Both the position numbers and the translations under genes were made by a program. From positions 62,932 through 126,931 of the forward strand of contig JABWCQ010000002.1 of the NCBI GenBank assembly GCA_013360195.1: a stretch of DNA of 64,000 nt, read 5' to 3'. This document shows positions 29,822-39,500 of the stretch, one piece after another. A model generated the notes under the pieces. The model saw only the letters and a list, made by a program, of their open reading frames with translations. It was not told where the DNA came from and ran no database searches. Source of the stretch: a bacterium. Lineage in GTDB: Bacteria; Electryoneota; RPQS01. Positions within the stretch are counted from its first letter, which is position 1, and the number at the start of each line of letters is the position of its first letter.

Positions 29822-32800
29822 ATGCAATTGATTTCCCTTCAGATTTCTGGCTTCAAGTCATTCGCGAATGAGACAAAAATCCAGTTCGCACCCGGAGTAA
29901 CTGGCGTCGTCGGGCCGAATGGCTGTGGCAAGTCAAATGTAGTTGATTCACTTCGATGGGTACTTGGGGAACAACGATCTTCCGTGCTCAGAGGTGACCG
30001 CATGGAGAGCGTCATTTTCAATGGTACAGCCAAGCGTAAAGCCCTGAACCTTGCAGAGGTTAAAGTCAAGTTTGACAATTCATCAGCTAGAATCAATCTT
30101 CCTTATAGCGAAATCGAGATTGCACGTCGACTCCATCGCGACGGAACAAGTGAGTACCTAATAAATGGGAATTCATGCCGGCTACGAGACATTACTGACA
30201 TGCTTCAGGACAGTGGTCTCGGACCGAATGCGTACACGATTCTCGAACTTAAGATGATCGAAGATATACTTCGTGATGATGGTGAGGGACGTCGACAATT
30301 ATTTGAAGAAGCGTCAGGGATCGCGAAGTATAAGTTGAGACGGCGCCAGGCGCTTGCAAAACTTGCTCAAACCGATGAAGATCTACTTCGACTTGCCGAC
30401 ATCATCTCCGAAGTTGAAAGGCAAGTGGCATCACTGAAGAGGCAGGTTGGTAAGGCTCGGCGATACCAGGAGCTTTCTGCCGAATTGAAGAAGGTAGAAA
30501 TCGCGTTTTCCGTTCATGAGTTTGATCGATTGCAACGTGAAGTGGAGCCACTGCGGCATGCTCTTACAGATGCCCTTGGTCACGCGGAAGGCAGCACGTC
30601 GCATTTGCGTCAGTTCGAGGCAAAGGTCGAATCGCTTAGACTTCAGCACATGGAAGGCGATCAGCGATTGGCAGAGTTGAGAAGTGAACTGCAAGAAACA
30701 GTTAGTCTCATATCCGCCTTGGAAGCCGAGAAGGCGGGAGCAGAAGCACGGCTGTTCGCGGCAAAGGAAGCTCTGGATCGGGCACAGCGTCAAATCGTAC
30801 TTGCCAATGACCGGTTACAGTCTCTTGCTTCCCGCAAGGATTCGCTAACATTAGATAAAGATCAGACAGAAAAAGAGTTGCGCGAGGCAAAATCAAGGCT
30901 GGAGGCTTCCGAAGGAGATTTCCAGAAATCGCAAGCTGAAATGAAGCGGCTGGAAACTGCTTACCGAGAGGCTGATGCGCAACTTGCCACTTTGAACCGG
31001 ACACAAGCAAGCCTCGAGGGAGAACGCGCTCGCCTACTAGAAGGAATCGCTCGACAGAAAGGCCGTAGAGAATCTGCCCATATGACCCGCGACCAACTAT
31101 CGAAGGAAAAGGTCGACTTAGAGTCCAGAATATCTATTGCAAGCAATCAGGCTCGAGAATTGGCTTGCGATGTTGATCGCTCCGTTAGCGAACTTAATGA
31201 ATGTGAAGCTCAAGGCGAGGATTTGAGGAAGCGTCAAAAAGCACTTGCCAGCAGACTTGACGAGGCTGACCGTCTCTTACACGCAACGCAATCCCACATC
31301 AAGCTCCTTGAGACACTGGACCAGCGCGGCCCGCGAGGAACAGCTCAAATAAGGCTCCTGCGCGACAGATACGACAAGTATCAACTCATCGCGGATCGAA
31401 TTGTAGTAGAAAGCAAGTATAGCATGGCGATTCACGCTGCACTTGGAGGTGCGGCGTACCATCTATTAGTAAATAGCGAGAATGAGCTGCACGAAGCTGT
31501 CAGACTCCTGGTTGATCAGGAAGCAGGCAAATGTGGCTTCATGCTCCCATGGGTGGTGTCACAGCATACCGAAGTAGAACTTCCTGCTGGTGTAATCGGG
31601 TGGGCGTCTGGCCTCGTTAGCCTGTCTGAAGATGACCAAGGACTTCTAAACTTGATCACCGGGTGCATTGTAGTCTCTACGTTCAAAGAGGCGCTTCTCC
31701 TCAGGGATTATTTGGCCAAACACAGATTTCGTGCCGTCACACTCGAGGGAGATTGGGTAGATTGGACGGGAGCATGTTTTGCAGGTAGCGTGCAGATAGA
31801 CGCGCCAACGGATCTCGGGCTCAAGCAACATCTTGAAAGCTTGCAGATGAGCTTTGAAGATGCGCATAGGGATAAGGAGCAAGTGCTTGAACAATCTGGC
31901 TTGCTTGCAAGTGAATTCGAAGTCTGGAATTCTAGCCGAAGCGAAATCGCCGGTGTATTAGAAACCAGGAAGGCAGCACTCGGAGGTATAGAATCTGAGG
32001 TGCTTAGGCTGAACACTCTGCTGCATGCACTTGAGGAACGGGACAAGGCGGCACTCCAGCTGATATCCGAAAGCGAGGAGGCTGAACAAGTTCTGAGGAT
32101 GGACGTTGAAAAGCACCTCACTGCAATCAACGAAAGCAGGAGTGCGATTGAGAGCGCACAGAAGCTGATTGAAAAACTGTCGGAAGATGTTTGGCAGGCG
32201 AGACAAGCGAATGACAATTCAAGAGATTCATTCCATGAGCATGCGCGCCATGTTGAATCGATAATTCACAGAGTTCAACTATTAGCTGCAGAGGAGGATA
32301 GACTCTTGAGCAGTGAGAGTGAGCTTGTTGAATCAATCGCGTCAAGCCGTAATCAAGCAGAGGCTGCGGCAAATGTTATTTCTTCGACAGAAGTTAGATT
32401 AAAAGATATCACAGCAGAGCTCCGAACATTATTCTTAACTCGTGATGCGAGATTGCGCGTTGTTGAAGACGCACAGAGACAGAGGGATTCATCTACGTCT
32501 GAAGTGCGTCAATTGGAGGATCAGTTGAAGCGACTGCGAACAAGTCGTGAAGCGGCGCTTGATGATCAGCGAAAGATAGAGGTTTCAATTGCAAAGATGG
32601 AGGGTGAGATCGAGTCCTTACTGACGAGCGCAAGAAATCAGCACGGGATAGATCTTGCAGCGGATTTTGAGAATGCAAAGCTCTCAGAGTATCGCGGTGT
32701 TGAGTCTTCAGCCGACCTTATCGCAGAGCTTCGGGGAAAAATCGAGAGTTTAGGTACGGTCAATCTTCTTGCTGTTGAGGAGTACGACAAAGAGACTGCG

Positions 32801-33385
32801 AGACTTGAAGGCATTCTCGCGAATCGTGCAGATCTGCTGGCCGCAAAGGCCACACTAGAAGAGACCATTGGCAAGATTAACGAGACTGCAGAGGCGAAGT
32901 TTCTTCACACATTTGAAGCTGTTCGCGCGAACTTCCAGTCGCTTTTTACCGAGTTTTTCCCGGCCGGAGAGGCTGATTTGATACTTAGTGGAAAGGATTT
33001 ACTGGAAGCTGATATTACCATGTGGGCAAATCCTTCCGGAAAGAGACTGAAGTCTTTGACATTAATGTCTGGTGGTGAAAAGACAATGACGGCGATCGCT
33101 TTGCTTTTTTCGCTGTATCAGGTCAAACCTTCTCCATTTTGTGTTCTTGACGAGGTGGATGCGCCATTGGACGATGCAAATATTGACCGTTTCACTAGAA
33201 TGATTCATCGTCATAGCGACCATACCCAGTTCATCATGATAACCCATAACAAGCGCACCATGGAAATTGCTGACAACTTGTATGGTGTCACGATGCAAGA
33301 GGAAGGCGTTTCGAAAACTGTTTCAGTTAGGCTAATGAAACCTGAACCCGCAATTCCAGCGGAGGCACGAGTGGCCGCAACCTGA
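29822..33385 (+). CDS. smc: chromosome segregation protein SMC
   Basis: Walker A 'GPNGCGKSN', long coiled coils, hinge, C-terminal 'LSGGEKTMTAIALLFSLYQ...VLDEVDAPLDD'. Confidence 0.9.
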   Translation: MQLISLQISGFKSFANETKIQFAPGVTGVVGPNGCGKSNVVDSLRWVLGEQRSSVLRGDRMESVIFNGTAKRKALNLAEVKVKFDNSSARINLPYSEIEIARRLHRDGTSEYLINGNSCRLRDITDMLQDSGLGPNAYTILELKMIEDILRDDGEGRRQLFEEASGIAKYKLRRRQALAKLAQTDEDLLRLADIISEVERQVASLKRQVGKARRYQELSAELKKVEIAFSVHEFDRLQREVEPLRHALTDALGHAEGSTSHLRQFEAKVESLRLQHMEGDQRLAELRSELQETVSLISALEAEKAGAEARLFAAKEALDRAQRQIVLANDRLQSLASRKDSLTLDKDQTEKELREAKSRLEASEGDFQKSQAEMKRLETAYREADAQLATLNRTQASLEGERARLLEGIARQKGRRESAHMTRDQLSKEKVDLESRISIASNQARELACDVDRSVSELNECEAQGEDLRKRQKALASRLDEADRLLHATQSHIKLLETLDQRGPRGTAQIRLLRDRYDKYQLIADRIVVESKYSMAIHAALGGAAYHLLVNSENELHEAVRLLVDQEAGKCGFMLPWVVSQHTEVELPAGVIGWASGLVSLSEDDQGLLNLITGCIVVSTFKEALLLRDYLAKHRFRAVTLEGDWVDWTGACFAGSVQIDAPTDLGLKQHLESLQMSFEDAHRDKEQVLEQSGLLASEFEVWNSSRSEIAGVLETRKAALGGIESEVLRLNTLLHALEERDKAALQLISESEEAEQVLRMDVEKHLTAINESRSAIESAQKLIEKLSEDVWQARQANDNSRDSFHEHARHVESIIHRVQLLAAEEDRLLSSESELVESIASSRNQAEAAANVISSTEVRLKDITAELRTLFLTRDARLRVVEDAQRQRDSSTSEVRQLEDQLKRLRTSREAALDDQRKIEVSIAKMEGEIESLLTSARNQHGIDLAADFENAKLSEYRGVESSADLIAELRGKIESLGTVNLLAVEEYDKETARLEGILANRADLLAAKATLEETIGKINETAEAKFLHTFEAVRANFQSLFTEFFPAGEADLILSGKDLLEADITMWANPSGKRLKSLTLMSGGEKTMTAIALLFSLYQVKPSPFCVLDEVDAPLDDANIDRFTRMIHRHSDHTQFIMITHNKRTMEIADNLYGVTMQEEGVSKTVSVRLMKPEPAIPAEARVAAT

Positions 33386-33403
33386 TCCCGAAGGAGAAGC
33401 CAA

Positions 33404-34813
33404 ATGACACGCAAAATGCTTTGTTGGCTGTTCACACTAGCAGTCGGCATCAGTTCCCATGGTTTATGCGGGGGGATTGATGTCGATTTTGTTTATTTTC
33501 TTGGTGAAGATAGTCTCACATACTGTGAGGTCTACACAGGAGTTCAACGCAGTGAACTTGTCTATATAGCGACACAAGAGGATAGTTCATACGCGCAATT
33601 TTCATTAATCACTACAATAGGAAGAAGTGACTCGATTCTCATTTCGGACACGCTTGACACGATTGACAAGACAAGTCGCACCGAATCTCATTCGGGCGGA
33701 GCATATTTCCCATACATTTCTCGGTACCTTCTGTTTCCAGGCAGCTATGACCTTACGATTGAATTGGTACAAGATAGTGCCGACAACTATGACTGGACGG
33801 AGATAGGACTTGAAGTTCCGTATGTGTCAGCGCAGGCTAGCTTATCTGGAATCGCGCTTGGCGCTGAATTGGCATTCGCAGCTGGTCCATCGGCGTTCAC
33901 AAGAAACGGGCTGCGCTTTGTCCCGAACCCATCAGGATTCTACGGCGCGGAGCTGCCTATGCTCTATTATTACCTTGAATGTTATGGACTGGATACTTTA
34001 GGTCCGGTCGAAGACTCGATAATGGTTCAGCGGCGTGTGATAGACGGCGAAACTGGCCAAGACGCAAAGCAGCCCTCCTTGCGGAAATATGCTCGTCCCG
34101 GTGAGTCACTCGTGATTGCAGACGGATTTCCCGCGTACACTTTGAGGACTGGCACATACATACTGTCTATTCAAGTTGAAGTTCCAAATCAAGCTGCCAG
34201 AGAAGCGATGAAGAAGTTCTACGTGTATCGCAGGGAAGATACCGACTTCTTATCCGCTGACGTAGGAAATAGAGCTTCAAGCATGATCAATTACAATTCT
34301 GAGGGTGGCATCCTGGAGACGATTGATCCAGATAGTGCGCTGGAATTGTTGCACTACCTCTTGACGAGACAGGAGATGAGGCGTGCAAGGGACATGGACT
34401 CAGAAGGAAAGCGGAAGTTCATTGCAGACTTCTGGAAGCGACGCGGTCCAGAAGAGGCTGACGCTGCCAATGTCCATTATTCGCGAGTTGCAGAAGCGAA
34501 TAGGCGCTACAGTTTTCTTAACCGAGAAGGTTGGAGAACTGACCGTGGACGTGTCTTCATTTTGTACGGTGAACCTGATTTTGTCGACCGCCGATATGCC
34601 GATGCTGCAGGACTAGACCACGAGATTTGGCACTATGACAAGATAGAAGGAGGAGTTCTCTTTATTTTCGTTGACCAAGCCGGCTTTGGCGACTTAACCC
34701 TTGTGCACTCGACAAAGCGTGGAGAGATTTACAATCCCAACGCACTAATTGTGAAGCAGAACCAGAACCCGGCTTCAAAACTCATCGAACAGGGGAGAGG
34801 TCTTCGTGAATGA
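33404..34813 (+). CDS. secreted GWxTD-domain protein
   Basis: Signal peptide 'MTRKMLCWLFTLAVGISSHG'; C-terminal 'REGWRTDRGRVFILYGEPDFVD...HEIWHYD' matches the GWxTD motif family. Confidence 0.55.
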   Translation: MTRKMLCWLFTLAVGISSHGLCGGIDVDFVYFLGEDSLTYCEVYTGVQRSELVYIATQEDSSYAQFSLITTIGRSDSILISDTLDTIDKTSRTESHSGGAYFPYISRYLLFPGSYDLTIELVQDSADNYDWTEIGLEVPYVSAQASLSGIALGAELAFAAGPSAFTRNGLRFVPNPSGFYGAELPMLYYYLECYGLDTLGPVEDSIMVQRRVIDGETGQDAKQPSLRKYARPGESLVIADGFPAYTLRTGTYILSIQVEVPNQAAREAMKKFYVYRREDTDFLSADVGNRASSMINYNSEGGILETIDPDSALELLHYLLTRQEMRRARDMDSEGKRKFIADFWKRRGPEEADAANVHYSRVAEANRRYSFLNREGWRTDRGRVFILYGEPDFVDRRYADAAGLDHEIWHYDKIEGGVLFIFVDQAGFGDLTLVHSTKRGEIYNPNALIVKQNQNPASKLIEQGRGLRE

Positions 34814-35570
34814 AGTTGCAGTTCACGCCCAGAATCTTGGTAAAACCTATCGTAATACGGTAGGCAGCAATGTAATTGGTTGTCAGAATGTTGAGTTTCA
34901 GGCGCACTTTGGGTCAATCTTTGGAATACTTGGCACGAACGGGGCAGGCAAAACTACAACACTTCGAATGCTGGCCACGATGCTGCAACCAACGCAAGGA
35001 ACTGCTACTGTCGCAGGTCATGACTTACGCCGCAGTCCGCAGGAAGTGCGAAGGCAAATTGGCTTTCTATCCGCATCTACCGGGGTGTATGGACGGTTAA
35101 CCGCGCGTGAAATGCTTTCTTATTTTGCAGCTCTGCATGGGTTCGAGAGAAGAGCGTCAGAGGCTCGAATAGCCGAGATTGCTGATCTATTAGACCTGCA
35201 CGAATTCTTAGACAGAAGGTGTGAGAAACTCTCGACTGGACAGCGTCAGCGCGTAAGTATTGGAAGAACAATTTTGCACGACCCTCCGGTTCTGATTTTT
35301 GATGAGCCAACGAGTGGACTGGACATTCTTGCCGCTTCACAAATCGTGAATTTCATGCGCGTAAGCAAAGAAAGGGGGAAATGTGTGCTTCTTTCAACTC
35401 ATGTGATGAGAGAGGCAGAACTCTTATGTGATGAAATGATATTGATCCACCAAGGTCTGGTAAAAGATAGGGGAAGTGTTGCGGACCTGCAGCGTCGCCA
35501 TGAAAGCGTGCAGCTGGAAGTCGTGTTTCTGCGTGCAATAGGCGAGGATTCGTCGGCATTTCACAACTGA
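34806..35570 (+). CDS. ABC transporter ATP-binding protein (ABC-2/GldA-like), no cognate permease adjacent
   Basis: Walker A 'GTNGAGKTT', signature 'LSTGQRQRV', Walker B 'LIFDEPTSGLD'; start overlaps the GWxTD gene stop by 8 nt. Confidence 0.85.
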   Translation: MNEVAVHAQNLGKTYRNTVGSNVIGCQNVEFQAHFGSIFGILGTNGAGKTTTLRMLATMLQPTQGTATVAGHDLRRSPQEVRRQIGFLSASTGVYGRLTAREMLSYFAALHGFERRASEARIAEIADLLDLHEFLDRRCEKLSTGQRQRVSIGRTILHDPPVLIFDEPTSGLDILAASQIVNFMRVSKERGKCVLLSTHVMREAELLCDEMILIHQGLVKDRGSVADLQRRHESVQLEVVFLRAIGEDSSAFHN

Positions 35571-35572
35571 AT

Positions 35573-36310
35573 GTGGCACCAGCTTTGCGCAATCTCCGAA
35601 TCATGCGCAAACTCGATAAGATTCAAGTTTTTCAAGTATCTACAGGTTTCTTTGGCGCCTTTGATTGTGCTGCAGTCCAGACACTTCTGCTCGCGCTGAA
35701 GTGTCGAGACGTGAATACGTACTTTCATAGTATGCGTGTTTCTGGTCTGGCATCCGAAATGGGCAGCATTCTTGGCTTAAGTGCAAGAAGTCTCGAGGAG
35801 TTGGCAATCGCCGGACTTTTGCATGACATCGGCAAGATCGGATTGCCAGACAGTGTGCTCCAGAAGAGCGGCAGGCTATCAAAGACCGAGAGGGGAGTCG
35901 TGACTCAGCATCCGGAATTGAGCGCAAGTATTATTGCACCATTGCCTGGATTTGAGCGAGTAAGAGAAATTATTGTCCAGCATCACGAGCGATTCGATGG
36001 ATCAGGTTACCCGGGTATTCGAAAAAGTGACGGGATCATGATGGAAGCTCGGGTTCTGACAATTGCCGACGCATTCGATGCAATGGTGTCGGAACGCCCC
36101 TATCGCGATCCTCTTTCGAGTCGCGAAGCATTGGCACAGATTGAACGTGAAGTGGGTACTCAGTTCTGCCCGGTTGGCTTTCAAGCTTTGCTCGAAGTCT
36201 TTAGGGAAGGACAACGACTGGAACCAGGCCGCCAAAGGGAAATCCGGACCGGGATTGACTCCCTGGTCACAACTCTTGGAACCCCCAAATCATTAACGTT
36301 ATGTTTATAA
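35573..36310 (+). CDS. HD-GYP domain phosphohydrolase (putative c-di-GMP phosphodiesterase), no receiver or sensor domain
   Basis: 'HSMRVS', 'LLHDIGKIGLPD', 'HHERFDGSGYPGIRK' HD and GYP motifs; starts 2 nt after the ABC gene stop. Confidence 0.8.
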   Translation: MAPALRNLRIMRKLDKIQVFQVSTGFFGAFDCAAVQTLLLALKCRDVNTYFHSMRVSGLASEMGSILGLSARSLEELAIAGLLHDIGKIGLPDSVLQKSGRLSKTERGVVTQHPELSASIIAPLPGFERVREIIVQHHERFDGSGYPGIRKSDGIMMEARVLTIADAFDAMVSERPYRDPLSSREALAQIEREVGTQFCPVGFQALLEVFREGQRLEPGRQREIRTGIDSLVTTLGTPKSLTLCL

Positions 36311-36578
36311 TAAATTTAAGATTCGAGTTTTGAATCGGATTTTTTTCGATTTCCAGTGAGCAGTGTTGCGCAAGCCATTGCGATTTATTATATTTATCAA
36401 TTGTTGGAAAGTGAATTTAGGAGTTCAATGTCCCTTCGTTAGAGGTTTTCGAGGCTCTGCCTTATTTTACGTTTTTGTATTGTAAACGACACCTCTAACA
36501 CGGCGTGCATTTGCTCCGGTTCGTTGCTTCTATGGCCGAATGGACAATCCGCTCCGTTCGGTTTTTTCATTTCACCTA
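36311..36578 (+). promoter_or_regulatory. long AT-rich structured leader/promoter region upstream of the porU-like gene
   Basis: 268-nt non-coding region, the largest in the window; contains inverted repeat GTTAGAGGT(36438-36446)...ACCTCTAAC, a T7 run and TATTATATTTAT. Confidence 0.3.
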
Positions 36579-39500
36579 ATGTTGAAAACTAACTCGCTCA
36601 GAATACGCGCTATAGTGTTGGTTTGCGCAGTGTTTGCTTGCCATGTCTCATCTGCAAGTGAAGTACGAGTTGTTTCTTCGGACGATTCGGGTGTTGAGTT
36701 TGTCTGGTCGTCGGGAATTCAATCCGCGAAACTGCACGGCACGAGTGATCTTCGGGCGGTATTGAGATCTGCGGATTGGATTACCCAATCTGGTGCTTTG
36801 ATTCCCGTCATTAAGTTGCTTGTCGCTTGTCCGACGGGGTCGACACCGCGACTGGAGGTTCAGAGGGTTGAAACGCGTTTGTTAAACATGGACCTTCCTC
36901 CAGCTGAGGAGCTGCCCGAAGTGTCCAGTGCAGTGAACACCGATGTTCGGATTTCTGGTGTTGAACAATGGCGCGGCTTCACGATTGCCCATATCGAAAT
37001 TAGGGCGGCCAGTCCATCTTCGCAGGGGACATCCGTACTTGAAACAGTGCATGCGACCGTGCGTTTTGTTGGCGGTTTGGATCAAAAGGGTCCGTTCGCC
37101 CGCGAAGAAAAGCTGCTGAAAGACTTGGTTATAAACGGTCGGGAAGCGACCCACTGGTGGACTCCTAGTTCCCGGATTTTGCAGAGTTTGGATGCTTCGA
37201 ACGAAGCTTGGCCCGACATTCAGCTTCACAAACTGGCCGTCACAGAGACAGGCTTCCACGTGATGACCGCCGAATGGCTTCAAGTTCAGGGGATTCAAGT
37301 CGTCGGTGTAGCATCGGACCGGATTCGAATGTTTGGGAACGGGGGGAGGCTTCTGCCTGCCGGTCTCATAAGCGTCCCCGATTCAGTGTTAAAGGAAATT
37401 TCGATTCTCATTGAAGATGGGAATGACGGGAGTATTGACCAAGGAGACCGAATCATCTTTTATGGCGAAGGTCTAAAGGGTTTTGATTACTGTGACGGGA
37501 GTCTGCTGAACGACCATGGCCATGCAAGTCCCTATTCAATGGAGAACATCTATTGGATTGGGATTGGGGGGGCTGACGACCAGGGACTTCGTATGGACAC
37601 AATTCAGAGTCTCAGTCAAACAGTACCAGTCGATACAGTTCTGGGCCAAGTCTATTTGGATCAGGAACAATTCATCTATGCGGTTTCCGGCTTGCAGTCA
37701 AATTCCGGTGTTGTTTGGTATATGGCAACGCTTGATGCTTCTAGCACACGTACCATCTCAGTCAATTTGGATGCAGTAAGTTCTGGCAGAGGTTCACTTA
37801 GAATTCGCATGGATTCGATATCGGGAAGCGGTAATAACTTCAACGTTTATGTCAACGACACACCGGTCAGCATAGGCGCCTATACAACACCGCTTACTAT
37901 TCAGATTCCTGAAGGAGTATTTCGGACAGGTAGCAATACAGTAAGATTCGAGAATAATACGACCAGGCAGGTCTTGTTGAATTACATAGAAGTTGAGTAT
38001 GACAAGACCTTGCAGTCAGCCACAGGTGTTATTGAGTTTCCGGCGCCGCGTAATCAAACCGGTGCTTTTAGATACGAAACTGGTTTGAATCAGGATGCAT
38101 ACTTGGCAGAAATATCTAATCCCTTGAGTCCGCGCATCGCGAGAGGGTCTATAGTAACAGACTCAAGTTTTGCTACAGGACAACGAAGATACTTTGGCGC
38201 TAATCAAGGGGGCAGCAGATTTCGTACACCGGTATACAGGGGCAGGAAGTCTTTTGACGCAAGCGACTACCAGATGCTTCGTGACCAAGCGAATGAGGCC
38301 GGTATAGTGATAATCACATACGATGACTGGTACGACGAACTTGAGCCGCTCATTGCCATGCATGCCCAGTATGAAGAAGAGCCTCTTAAGGCTGTTAGAG
38401 TTAAAATCTCGCATATTTATGATGAGTTCTCTTGGGGTGTGAAGGATCCGACAGCAATACGAAATTTCTTACGCTATGCACACGAGAATTGGCGTGGCCC
38501 TGCAGGAAACGCTGAGTCTCCAAGGTACGTGTTGTTCGTCGGCGATGGAGATTATGACTACAGAAATCTCACTTCAAGTTCTGACGATAATTGGATTCCG
38601 CCGTGGGAGAGTCTCGGCACGTGCACAGACGACTACTATGTGGACTTTGATGACTCGGAGTCTTTGCTTGACATGATGTCGGGTAGATGGCCAGTGCAAT
38701 CAGCCTCGGAAGTCGAAGCAATCGTTGAAAAGACCGTAAACTATGCGTTAACGCCTCTTTATGGACCCTGGAAGAACACCGCGACTTTTGTGGCTGATGA
38801 TGAATGGAAAAGTGGATTCTGCAGTGAAGATTTTCACACCGAGGATTCCGAAGACTTGATTAACGACGTATTGCCGGAGTACTTTACGTTCAGAAAACTG
38901 TACCAGATTCTCTATCCTTTTCGTCAATCGACCTCGACCTCACTTAAACCTGACGGTACTAGGGACCTGATTGAAACAATTAATTCCGGCACTCTCCTTG
39001 TCAATTATGTTGGTCACGGGAATGAACGAGTGTGGACAGATGAGCAACTGTTCGTGATGGATAGAGATTTCCCGCTGATTGACAACCATCGACTTTGGCC
39101 GGTAATTGTTGCCGGAACATGTACGTGGGGAGGTTTTGACCGACCCAACGAAAGATGCTTCCCTGAACTTCTTCTTGGTGCCGATGATATCGGATCTATT
39201 GCTTGCATTGCCGCGACGAGATTCACATTCGTTTCGCAGAATCAGCTTCTGACAGAAGAGTTTTATCGTGAGATATTTCGACAAGGGATCGAAATGCGGC
39301 GGAGTCTGGGCGAGGCTCTGCTTCTTGTCAAGCCGCTTCGGGCTGACAATAAGCTTTATCATACGCTTGGGAATCCAGTCTTGCGGTTGGCAACTCCAGA
39401 GTATTTCGCTCACGTGGATCAGAGGGACGACTCCTTGCAGGCAGGTGGGCTTTTTCAGCTGAGCGGGTTTGTCTCACGCACAGATGACTCAAATGAGTCA

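Noticed and set aside
34806-35570. Calling the ABC ATPase 'gldA' (gliding motility)
   Set aside because: It is plausible given the T9SS context, but GldA is normally followed by gldF/gldG permease genes, which are absent here, and sequence motifs alone cannot distinguish GldA from other ABC-2 ATPases.
36540-36578. Upstream ATG giving a 13-aa N-terminal extension (MDNPLRSVFSFHL) on the porU-like ORF
   Set aside because: A canonical Sec signal peptide begins at the downstream in-frame ATG 36579 (MLKTNSLRIRAIVLVCAVFACHVSSA). The extension would bury it, so 36579 is preferred; it could still be a short uORF.
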